From Phoronis australis (taxonomy: Eukaryota > Animalia > Phoronida): a stretch of DNA of 64,000 bases. The position numbers were made by a program, and so were the translations under genes. A model generated the notes under the pieces. It was not told the DNA's origin and did not search any database. It saw nothing but the letters and a program-made list of their open reading frames with translations. Below are positions 13,172 through 25,136 of this stretch, one piece after another. Each line of letters starts with the position of its first letter. The stretch's first letter is position 1. The DNA lies in the NCBI GenBank assembly GCA_002633005.1, contig NMRA01000851.1, positions 1 through 64,000 on the forward strand. Direction: 5' to 3'.

Positions 13172-14358
13172 AGGCGAAGGCAACCTTTTTTCATGTCATT
13201 TTGAGCTAAAATAAGGTTGGTTGGTTATCCTAGACATATTTTCCACTTAATTACAGCTTTTCGTAATTTTATTAATTACTCGTCCGCTTTTCCGGAAGTG
13301 ACGTTTTAGGAGGCANNNNNNNNNNNNNNNNNNNNNNNNNNNNNNNNNNNNNNNNNNNNNNNNNNNNNNNNNNNNNNNNNNNNNNNNNNNNNNNNNNNNN
13401 NNNNNNNNNNNNNNNNNNNNNNNNNNNNNNNNNNNNNNNNNNNNNNNNNNNNNNNNNNNNNNNNNNNNNNNNNNNNNNNNNNNNNNNNNNNNNNNNNNNN
13501 NNNNNNNNNNNNNNNNNNNNNNNNNNNNNNNNNNNNNNNNNNNNNNNNNNNNNNNNNNNNNNNNNNNNNNNNNNNNNNNNNNNNNNNNNNNNNNNNNNNN
13601 NNNNNNNNNNNNNNNNNNNNNNNNNNNNNNNNNNNNNNNNNNNNNNNNNNNNNNNNNNNNNNNNNNNNNNNNNNNNNNNNNNNNNNNNNNNNNNNNNNNN
13701 NNNGGTGACAGTAGATGAAGTGCCTCCACTGGCTCCAGTCACTGTACTGGCCACAGCTCGCGAGGCTTCTCGCTTCAAAAACGCACATCTCGGGGGTGGC
13801 GACGGGACAGTGCCGGGAATCAACACAGACGGAATGGCATCCTGCTTCAGGCGTTGTTTCGCAGGGACCTTCATCAGTTCAGCGTACAAATCCCTTTCGT
13901 AATCGGACGGCAGAAAGTGTTTGCCACACACACGGTAATTCTCGACGTTGCGTGGACGGGTAACGCTGCGTTCTTCACACGAACGAGCCAAGTACGGCGA
14001 AGTGTCATCCATCGGAAAGCGATGCAAAGGTACTCCCAAAGCGCGCGTGAGACGATAATTAGTACATCCCGGTACGCAGCAAAAGTGTGGCATGTTGACT
14101 GACTAGTAAATGAAAGCAAACGACGATGGAGCTTAACACAACCGAAGTAGAACATTGACTTAGTCGGCAGCTCTCACAGTCAGACTATATGAAAAGAAAT
14201 TGGCGCGAAATGCTTGCCTCCTAAAACGTCACTTCCGGAGTAGCGGACGAGTAATTAACAAAATTAGGAAAAGCTGTAATTAAGTGGAAAATATGTCTAG
14301 GATAACCAACCAACCTTATTTTAGCTCAAAATGACATGAAAAAAGGTTGCCTTCGCCT
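13172..14358. mobile_element. Kolobok element with both TIRs and TTAA TSDs; interior is a gap (13,316-13,703)
   Basis: TTAA|AGGCGAAGGCAACC ... GGTTGCCTTCGCCT|TTAA (TSDs 13,168-13,171 and 14,359-14,362). Confidence 0.9.
13704..14093 (-). pseudogene. THAP N-terminus of Kolobok transposase
   Basis: CCVPGCTN...RVCGKHF...RLKQDAIPSV. Compensating indels scramble the middle relative to the 5.7-kb copy. Runs into the gap. Confidence 0.8.
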
Positions 14359-17300
14359 TTAAAGTGCTTAAAATCCCACCCATAGTATAACGCCATATGG
14401 TGATCCCCTGGTGCAAGCAGTGTCGATGTGGCAACTGAACAAGGGAGTGTTCGAAAAACAGGATTGCAAGAGTATTTGTTTAAACTGGGAACAAATGAAA
14501 ACATTAACAGCCTCCTCAGAGGCATCTCTCTAAATGGTACTTCTAAACTTAGAGCAACATTTCTTATGGTTTAACCAGTGTGATGCATAATTTGCCGAAA
14601 AGGAGCCGTGGAGTACGTGTACAGTGTACCTATGGTATGATCACCGTCTCTACTGAGTCAACGGTATTGTCTAAGGCGTTGGCAGCCAAGGGGCTGAACA
14701 AGTTAAAAAAACAACTGGTAATGATACTGAAACACACATGGAAAACACCAAGATGTACCTTTCAAAAACACGTACCTGTTTATCAAAGCTATAAAGTTGT
14801 TACTTCTTTCGCTTTCTTGAAATGTGGTCCATAATACAGTATACTTTTCCTGCTAACAAATGGTGCATTCAGAATGTTCCTATCTTGTTCAGGTTAACTG
14901 GGTGTTTCAGATTTTGGAAGTCTAAATAGTTTTCTTGGCAAATTTTGGGTAACTTCTGTATCACTTTCACCAGCGTCAGCTTTAGTACGACTGCTGGTGT
15001 GTTGAAACGTTGCTATGCCTTCCTATGTTCCTTCAATTTTTTGTCTGACACTTGGTCTTCTACAGCAGTATACTGTGTAGGCTATAGCAGGACACGCAGC
15101 TGTTTTCTGCACAAATGTTTATGACACCTCTTCTTCTTTTTGATCTACTGATCTACAGAGCTCCACAGTCCATCAGCTTTCATCAGGGTGCTTCTCTAAG
15201 CTTCTTCTGGTTCTGACATCACAATTTTATGCTGTTTGATAAACCTTGAATTATACAGGCATCACATTCCATGGGAGCAGCCATATTGAAGTAACTAAGC
15301 ACAACAACACAATCTGTCTGTCTGATTGGTCAATTCAATTGAAAAGCACCACCAAGTGACAGGAATGTGCATAATATTTCGTGGACCAAAAACACTTTTT
15401 TAAAAAAAATGTGGAAGTGTAGACGTGGGAACTTTTTATCTAGCCACATAGAAAAAACTAGGTTGTCTTCCCAAAGTACTCACAAGGATGTATGATATGA
15501 GATCTGGCCCACCGACTACCCCGGTACTTCGTGTGCCCGAAATGCAAAGAGGGTGGGGCTACACACAAACGTTTGCTAGGGGTTGAGGGCTTGACATACA
15601 TGGAGGCTAGCCCTGCAAACAGCCACTATTGAACTGGAAGAGACAAAAACAAAGTGACAATAGCGTTTCTGGCTGCTTATTTCGACAGATGTCTGTCAAA
15701 TTTGCATAGACACCTTTCCGGCTGAAACAAAAGTGATGGTGCAACGTACATGAAAATCCTGGGGATATGACACCGCTGAAATTCATCCCTGTAAACACGC
15801 GAGTTACCCATCAATATTCCTATAAATTAAACGTGGTAAAGGATTTGTGTTCTGGGGTTTTTGGTCATACCCCCTGTAAACTATGCTACAGGCTCAAATT
15901 GACAAACGCAAACAATTGTTGTGAGGATTGGGGTAAATTGTGATAATTTGTGCCAGCAGCGCTCACTCAAAATGGCGAAATTTTGTAACAGACAATTTGG
16001 GACGTCGTGACTATTTGCACCTACAACGTGCGTTTCTGCAAAAAGCGACCTTGGTCTCCATTGACCTGTGAATAAAAATACATGTATGATTCGTCCCATA
16101 GCTGCTGGAAGTGATTGGTTTTGTCATGGTATGATGTTGAGGGCTTGCAGATTGAATTGGGGCGCGATGACTTACTATAAGGCGTTTACCTGATAGCTCC
16201 TCTGTATTATAAAATTGTCAATCTGGAAAGCTGGTTGTAAACAGTCGCAAACATAAGGAAACTTGACTGTAGATATATCTAACATCAAACCTCATCATAA
16301 CGTGTATGCTGACCTATTTTACTAGCGGAGCTCCAGATTTTAAGCCAAAAATATCAGACCCCTTGAACAATTCGAGGTACGAGAAAGTCACGTCGCAGTC
16401 ACCCAGTCTATTTAAGCCTACCTTTAACTCAAACCCCATCTGCACGACCAGAAGCCGGATTTGTAATTTTGTATGCTAGATGTATTTTACATTTTTTCCG
16501 TCTCACATATATAACTTGCATTTCGCTCAAATCCAACGTGGATCTGAATTTACTCAACGATGAAAATGATTCAAGAGGACATGCTTGTCATGATAGTATG
16601 CACTAATAAATGGTACAATCGCCCACTGTCAGTGCCAATTCATTTATCTTGCCCTTCTAATTAATTGCATAATTGCAACAGAAAACGTTCCACCGACATG
16701 GGCGTGGTTTATTAGGAATGGTGGGCTCACGTTGGTTTTTGATATTAATGAACGTCACCAATGCGACGTTTGACCAGGCAAGTCTTTACGGTGGACTATT
16801 AAGAGATTTTCAGCAAATTACTGCATGTTGAAATGTCCCATTAATTCGTAATGTGATCGTATTTTTCAGTAAAGCTTAAGCAAGATGAAAAAACAACGAA
16901 ATAATTTGGCTTTCAATGTAAATGTTCAAGGTAAAATATAAAGAACTTTGTTAAAATTTCGCAAATTGTATATTTCACGTTTCCATGTAATAAAATAACC
17001 ATATAGAGGATCACCGACTGACATCCAAGCCTGTTTTATTCATGGTGGGTTTACCGAGTAACCGAATGTAGCTAATGAGCCTAGTGAGTGTTTAAGAGTT
17101 CACTGCAAGTTGAAACTGCAAATAGCGGAGTAAAAGGCAAAAAAATCGTCAAATCTTCGAGTGAATAGGTGTTTTTGAAGTGAGTTGTTTCCCTGCAGTT
17201 CTAATTCTGCAGACATATTACTTAGTGGACTAGGTGTTTATGAAGTGACTTGTTTCCTTGCAGTTGTATTTCTGCAGACATATTACTTAGTGGAATCGTC

Positions 17301-17464
17301 ATGCCAACGCTTGGGGATGAATGTTTGGTGTGCAGTTTCAGTATTATGTGTGGAAAACGAAATACATGACTGAGTTTCAACCTGCTCGGTTACACTGCAG
17401 ATTCAGTGCTGGGTTATTGGCTACTATTTCCCAGAAAGTACCAAATCAGCAATTTTGCGAACAC

Positions 17465-20400
17465 TTTTTTTTCAGATTAAGTATTTTTATTTTCTCTAGC
17501 ATGGGCATTTACAATTTACACGACACAATAAACAATACAGTATACAAGTACATTAGTTGCAACAAATTATCGTCAAGTATCACAATTTGGTATACAGAAC
17601 AGAAATACAGATATGTAAGAAAAAAAATCAAGCCATTCTCACCCTTAACATTACACGTTACACGCAACCGCCCCCCAACTTACTCTTAGTAGGATGTTGT
17701 CAGGCAAAAGTTATGGTTAACCAGTTTCTCCAGGTTGCATGGTATTCATCTAAATTACCATTATTTAATAAAATCCTTCTTTGAATATAAAATTCTCTTT
17801 CTATTATCTTAAGGAACTGACAGAAACTGGGGATTATTTTTTTACACCTGGATAGGTAAATAAAGTGTTTTAATTGCAAAAGTATCCAATTTAAAACTTT
17901 ATTTTCATTACCTATGGGCATTCCAAAAAGCATTGTTTTTTGTCAATAACCATATTTATACCTTTTACCAACAACACCCAAATGCGTAATTCTCCTATCA
18001 ATGTTTTTATATTATTGCATTCGAAAAAGATGTGATCCACAGTTTCACTTTGTGAATGACAGAAAGTACATACATCAGAGTCCACCAGGTTAATTTTTCT
18101 AAGAAAAGAGTTGGTTACAAGTATTCTATGTAATAGTTTAAACTGCAGTGTACATAACTTCAAATCATAAGTAGTTTTAAAAGACATTGAATATAATTTT
18201 TTCCAGTCATCACTTCGTAAGGTATAACCTTCTTTTTGAAATTTTTTTTTGGGCAATACGCAAAATGTTGTTGTGGCAGACACTTTCATATATCATTTTA
18301 CATATTGATGTGCAGTTTAAAAAATTACGGATATTAAAAGGTATTATTGGTCCATATATCTTAATTAACTGCATTTGTAATGGTGTTCTCCTCAGAAACG
18401 ACCTAATAGACTCAATCAGAGAACAATATTCAAAAAAGTTTGTAGATATGTTCGAGATCTTTTTGAATTCAGTAAATGAGTAAAAACTGTTATTTTCATC
18501 AAGTAGGTCATTAATAAAAAGAACACCACCACTTGCATACTTGCTAAAGAAGATAGATTTTCTGTCTATTAGTATTTCATCGTTATGCCATAGACTTGTT
18601 GAGAATAAATCGTTCGCATCTTTATGGGGCTGTTTACTAATGAAAAAAGACCAGTTACTTAGAACTTCGTTCCAAAAAGGATTGATTACTTCAGTATGGT
18701 ATTTAATAAAAACATTTCCAAAATTTTTAATATTTGACTTTGCAATCCCTGTTTCAAGTTCAAACATTTCACCCATTTTGATTCAGAATTAAGTAATCTC
18801 TTTATCCATGAATTTTTTATACCCTTGTTAAATAGAATAATATTTAACATTTTAACTCCCCCTTCCTCATAAGTTTTGATTAACACATCTCTCTTCACTC
18901 TCTCAACTTTGTTATTCCAAATAAACTTAAAAATGCTTGCATTCAATTCATTCATAATAATGTCTGATGGAGTAGGCAGGGTTGTCATAATGTGAATAAT
19001 TTTTGGCACCATCAAGGTCTTCACCACCGTAACTTTCCCAAAAAAGGAGATTTTTCTTCTAGACCAAATTTTGATAAGATTATTGATTTCATCAATCNNN
19101 NNNNNNNNNNNNNNNNNNNNNNNNNNNNNNNNNNNNNNNNNNNNNNNNNNNNNNNNNNNNNNNNNNNNNNNNNNNNNNNNNNNNNNNNNNNNNNNNNNNN
19201 NNNNNNNNNNNNNNNNNNNNNNNNNNNNNNNNNNNNNNNNNNNNNNNNNNNNNNNNNNNNNNNNNNNNNNNNNNNNNNNNNNNNNNNNNNNNNNNNNNNN
19301 NNNNNNNNNNNNNNNNNNNNNNNNNNNNNNNNNNNNNNNNNNNNNNNNNNNNNNNNNNNNNNNNNNNNNNNNNNNNNNNNNNNNNNNNNNNNNNNNNNNN
19401 NNNNNNNNNNNNNNNNNNNNNNNNNNNNNNNNNNNNNNNNNNNNNNNNNNNNNNNNNNNNNNNNNNNNNNNNNNNNNNNNNNNNNNNNNNNNNNNNNNNN
19501 NNNNNNNNNNNNNNNNNNNNNNNNNNNNNNNNNNNNNNNNNNNNNNNNNNNNNNNNNNNNNNNNNNNNNNNNNNNNNNNNNNNNNNNNNNNNNNNNNNNN
19601 NNNNNNNNNNNNNNNNNNNNNNNNNNNNNNNNNNNNNNNNNNNNNNNNNNNNNNNNNNNNNNNNNNNNNNNNNNNNNNNNNNNNNNNNNNNNNNNNNNNN
19701 NNNNNNNNNNNNNNNNNNNNNNNNNNNNNNNNNNNNNNNNNNNNNNNNNNNNNNNNNNNNNNNNNNNNNNNNNNNNNNNNNNNNNNNNNNNNNNNNNNNN
19801 NNNNNNNNNNNNNNNNNNNNNNNNNNNNNNNNNNNNNNNNNNNNNNNNNNNNNNNNNNNNNNNNNNNNNNNNNNNNNNNNNNNNNNNNNNNNNNNNNNNN
19901 NNNNNNNNNNNNNNNNNNNNNNNNNNNNNNNNNNNNNNNNNNNNNNNNNNNNNNNNNNNNNNNNNNNNNNNNNNNNNNNNNNNNNNNNNNNNNNNNNNNN
20001 NNNNNNNNNNNNNNNNNNNNNNNNNNNNNNNNNNNNNNNNNNNNNNCATTAACAGCACATCCAAAAATAGTTGATCATTTATAACAAACTGAATCACACT
20101 GTTCGAAATATTTTGAAGTTTGTCTAAATGGTATACCGGGACGGCATATTGCTTTTTAACATCAGTTATTGTATCTTGAACGATGTCTACATATTCCCTG
20201 TCATTCAAAAGTGAATTTTTAAATTTCCAGAGTCCTTTACCTCTAATAATTTCTCTAAATTTTAGGCTTAACAAGACCCCAGAATGATCTGATCTATAAC
20301 TTGGAGCTATTAATAGAATTTTTTCGAAAGAATGCATCAAAGTTTTGGAAACCAAAAAAAGTCAAGCCTAGCCTGCTTAATTGGATTTTTTCTTCGCCAA

Positions 20401-20900
20401 GTGAATCCTCTCTTTGACGGAAAAAGTTCTCGAAAGGGACCACAGACATCAAACGTATTAATTATTCCCTTAAGAAATTTTGTAGCGTTTGGATTATTGC
20501 AAGATCTATAATTGCAAGTATCCAGTTCTTGACTGAGAAATAAATTAAAATCTCCACATACATGTAAAATAAACTTATCGGCATTCATTTCTTCAATTAT
20601 TGAAAATATATTACTATAAAAATTCGGATTATCAGTATTTGGACCGTACAAATTTACAAGGATGATCCTCTCTCCATCCATAATTAGTTCTATAATAACA
20701 TAATTTCCCGTAGGATCCTTTCTCACACTTTGAACAGTGAACTCAAAGTTATTATTAAATAGAATAGCTACTCCTCTTGAATTAGTCTTGTAAGAGCTGA
20801 AATGACAAGTATAACCCCACTGAGATTCAATGTACGGCTCCAAATCACAAGCAAAGTGAGTGTCTTGTAGACAATATATGCTAAATTTTGCGAACTCTTA
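17465..20900 (-). mobile_element. L1/Tx1-clade non-LTR retrotransposon ORF2, frameshifted; most of RT in gap 19,098-20,046
   Basis: APE motifs IYCLQDTH, SRGVAIL, NLYGPN, GDFN, FTW, ARLDFF, SDH and WKF. Post-RT FIW..K...EGG. C-terminal FKLLHRIL..N..L...CTFC...ETVDHIFFEC. AATAAA (17,486-17,491) and A-tail (17,465-17,472) on the minus strand. Confidence 0.9.
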
Positions 20901-21259
20901 ATCATAGACTGTGACAATTAATGTCGATAGTTCGTAGTAACTGCACAAGCCAGAAAGACACTAATTAAGCAACATGTTATATCATCTAAAATTACCTGGA
21001 ATAGAATTTTCGTCCATTATATGGCTATTATTATTAGAAAAGCACGCAGAAAAACGAACACGTGAAAATCACACGGCAATATAGCATACGGCAATTCACT
21101 AATTAATCGAAACTATGTTTTTGTTACACTTGACATTACAAATCTTGTTTAAATTGGCTTGATGTGTAAAAATTATATAAAATAAGGAATGAAAACGTTA
21201 CTCATCTTGCAAGAAACCTTCATGTCGTGATGTACAAGTTTTTTTGGAAGATTTTCTAC

Positions 21260-22400
21260 TTACTTACTTGTAAACACCGGTTTCGTTGCTGCTGACCGTC
21301 GCTCGTCTTCAGCTGGTTAGGAATCGTCATTGGTCGTTTTGACCCTGATCCAGTACAACTTATAAAACCCGGGCACCTGAGGTGGATTCGCACCTCAGAT
21401 CTTGCAATGGTCGTGTTGCAAAGATGCTTCTTCTCTGCAGGCAGGTGTAAGCTAAACCTGCTTCCATTGCTGCTGAAACAGCACTTTCCTTGAAGTCACA
21501 GTAAGTCCCAAAATATTCGCCAACCTCCAAAGGGATCCTGTGACACTTCCACCCATTTTCTGTACAGCCATGTATCATAACTTGATACTTCAGTGTCTTC
21601 CTCTCGTTAGCTTCATTGACCTGTGTTTCCAATGGCACTATTATGGCCAATTCCTTTAGGCTTTGCGACCATAAGACTATATTAGGCCCCATTGCTGTCA
21701 CTGCTATGCGTCTTGGGAAAACTGCTCGACTTCCCAGAACTACTGTACAATCATCTTCATGTCACTCGACTTGTGGAATAAAACCTGGTGGTGATTTTCT
21801 CTTTCACTGCTCTGCTCTCCTATCATATCCAGGATATATGACAGGGCTTTCAGCACTTGGTTATGCCACCACGTGTACTTTCCCTCTGCTATTGCTGCTT
21901 TACACGCTGATAGTATGAGCTGTAGAGTACCCTCTTTCCCCCACCTATCACATCTGTCGTCTTTAGCTTTCCACCACAGACTCAAGTTCTTCGGCGTGGG
22001 AAGTTGATCGTACACTGCTCTAAGCATAAACCTGTGTTTCTGACTTTGTGATGACAACTGATCCTATGAAGTGACCTTGCTTCTCAAACAGCCATCCTAC
22101 GTCGTCCATTCGCCCTGCTTCATTAAGCCCACCGCTATTACACCTCTCTTCTCTTCCCGAGCATTGCGTATCTACTGAAGCACCATATGTCTTCGTTCCT
22201 TCCCTTTTGTTGTCTTCCATCAGATCTCTTAGTTGGTATGAATCCTAGCCCCTGTCTACCCACGCACACTGTTCCGACTATATCCTTGTGCCGCGATCTG
22301 CTCTCTGCCTCCTCCACAGCCGCTGCTGCTTCCCACTTTGTACCTGCCATGATTCCTACTCTGGCACTTCTCATCAAGCTGTCCTTAATGAATTTCATGA
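21260..22400 (-). mobile_element. Degraded HERO/NeSL-like non-LTR element (3' part, restriction-like endonuclease)
   Basis: GTKWEAAAAVEEAESRSRHKDIVG..GRQGLG; RAVYDQLPTPKNL..W....C....EGTL.. ILSAC...GKYTWWHNQVL (zinc knuckle/RHN); PNIVLWS...IVPLE...ERK..KY...PLEVG (PD-(D/E)XK). Several frameshifts. Confidence 0.8.
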
Positions 22401-24954
22401 GATTGGAATATTTTTCTTAACGTTTGAAAGCTGACCAAAAAGTACACGCTCTCTTGCTCATCAAGTCCGACTATGATACAGTCCCAAAATGCATTCCTGT
22501 TGGGAATGGCTCGATGACCTCGGGTAGGTTAAAGGTTGCTGAATGCAAAACAGTGATGGCTGAGTTCAAAAGCACACCATAGTCCAAATCGGCTGAAAGT
22601 AGCCCCATTTCTAAAGCACGTTATCGATTTATTTTTTTACGCCCAAGTCTGACTGAATCTACTTCTGGCTAGGTTTTCATTTACACGTTTGTACATTTCT
22701 AACGGAAAATGTTCAATTCGTGTCTTATTGTTCTGTGGGTGAAAGCCGTTCGGCTCAAAGATCGACGTATGGTCAACATGAACCCCAACATTTTGCTTAA
22801 AACCTTTCAATGCTCAGAGACTGTACGTAGGATTTATGTATACTAAGTGTTAAGCACAATGTGTCTCAGGGTGATTATTTACTAAATGGCGACGGTGTAT
22901 TCACAGTTTACTAAGTGACTGAGTAGTGCAAGCGCAATTACATGTAATTAAACGCTACCTGTTTTTGGTGGGAAGAAAACGTAGGCTGCTGCATTCCTCT
23001 GAAAATCTTCATCAGGACTTCTTATTTACTGATCCAACAATTCCCCAAAATTTCTTACCCAGGCTTCTTTGGAATTCTGGGCCAACTGCACTCTTGGGCC
23101 CAAACTACAGTGCATTTTGTTGGAGCTGATGGCCATGTGTACGTTGACTTACTGAAATGACTTTACCTACATGTACTTCTTAACTTACATTAATCCTATG
23201 TCTTAATAAACACACGGTTATTTACAATAATTCTAATTTCAAGGTATTTCACTGACTCGATGATTTTTTCAAATTAAACATAAAGAATGGGAAGATTAAC
23301 TTTCTAATGCTAAATTTTGATATCTTTTGAACCTGAAGCACATTTTTGTTACTGTAACATGAATCGGCACGTGCAATTAAGTATGAGTGAAAACTCACGT
23401 CCACCTTGCATTGCGAAATCTCCATTATTTGCAGTATAACGCATGTACATGTAGACAATCCTAAACGAGTCTCAGGTTGGTGACATGGCATAGCCTATTA
23501 GAAATTTCGTAAAAATCCCGAGGCTTGTAGAGGGATGTGACAAAATTTTAAAAGGCTTTGACCATGTCATAAATCTGAGACAAGTGTACGATTTGTTTTC
23601 TCAGATGAATCGTAAAAACGATCTTTTTTGTTGAAAAACTCGACGGGTCTAAAACTTTCAACCACCCGAAGCAAATTTTGTAAAAACACGCCTGCGGAAT
23701 GTAAAGTAATTCAGTTACTTTTTGTTTATAGGTTTATTTTAAGCTTAGCAAATGTTAATTGCGTTCAGCTTTCGTAGCAAACATTCAAGATGAAAGCAAA
23801 TATATAATCTTAGAAGTTTTTATATTAAAACTTAAAAAATGTCTATAAACAATAGTCACCAAGGCTTCCGCGCGCGTGATCACTGAATTGACCTTGAGAC
23901 AGCCTAGCTCGACAGTCTCGACGCGTTTCTTGAGTTGGAGTCCGTCTCCGTTTGAATGAACGTGGATATGGAATTCGCCGCCGAAAGTGGTTCCGTTTAA
24001 GTAGTTGTTTGCTTGTCCTTCCGACTGGGAGTACGTAGATTAGCGGCATCCGGTTTGTCAATCATAACCTTGTCACCTTAGAATCCCAGCATTGTTTGAC
24101 GATGATTTGCGCGCGTTTGATTGTTCTAGTGTTTTGCAGACAATAAAATGAAAGGCACATGGATTTCTACTTTGCACTATTTTGTGATTTGCCCATGAAA
24201 TATCAAAACATTACGTACTCGGTGTTATTAACCAGTCGTGTCGTAACAAATTCCAGGTCATGTGAGAAAATCTAATGAAATGTACATTATTTTAAATACG
24301 TTTGTAAGTGCACGGTAAAATATGACGTTATCAACGTTTTAAAGCGCAATTATAAAAACTACTTTAGATTAATGATCGAGTTCTAAATGTGTTACAAAAC
24401 TAATTGATCATATGATGTGGACCAAAAAGTTTTCGGTAATGGGATTTCGTTTTGGTTTGAAGTTGACTTTTTCATAAAAATCGTGAGAATCCTACAACTT
24501 CCTGTATTTTATTAGCTTGCAAGTGTAAAATTTGGAAACAATTCCAAAATCAGTTAGCAAAATTGTGCATAAAAATTGCATCTTCACGTTTGGGATCAAT
24601 CCATACAGATAACCTGTACTAAGTTCTGAAGTGTTCCAAATTTGATTTTTTTTTCTACAAATTTTGATTAAAATGTTAACATTGAAACGATCGTGTTATT
24701 GAAAGGTCGGATATTATTCTAACTGAAACACACGAAAACGAAAGAGAAAATGAAGACATCAGGTTATTCGTTCACAGCATTATATTATGGTGCGAATGTC
24801 TATGAAGCACGTGAGCCCACGTCACAGCAATTTACTGAATTAAAATGTGCTCGAGTCCGCCTTTTCTAATTGGTCATTGTAAGTTTTACTCAGCTTTTGA
24901 GCATCTTATGTTAATGTAGCACACCGACTGACAGCGGATGAAGTTCTTATTTAG

Positions 24955-25136
24955 TTATTTTCTTGAGCTCTTCTCTAATACAACTGCAGTCGACTTTATC
25001 TCATCCGCAACATACCCGGCGCCCTCAAGCTTGCGACGAACGACTATAGCCGCTATGGCGAAAAGAACGATGAGGGCTAAAGCAACCACGAATCCAATGG
25101 CAATGTGTGTTGAAGACGAGACGCCTATACTTATTT
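24955..25136 (-). CDS. Terminal exon: transmembrane helix and short cytoplasmic tail
   Basis: ccttgcag| phase 1: EISIGVSSSTHIAIGFVVALALIVLFAIAAIVVRRKLEGAGYVADEIKSTAVVLEKSSRK*. About 22 hydrophobic residues, then RRK. Confidence 0.8.

Noticed and set aside
13247-20355. Long ORFs of 160-444 aa in the ORF track
   Set aside because: They are long only because they run through N gaps (13,316-13,703; 19,098-20,046).
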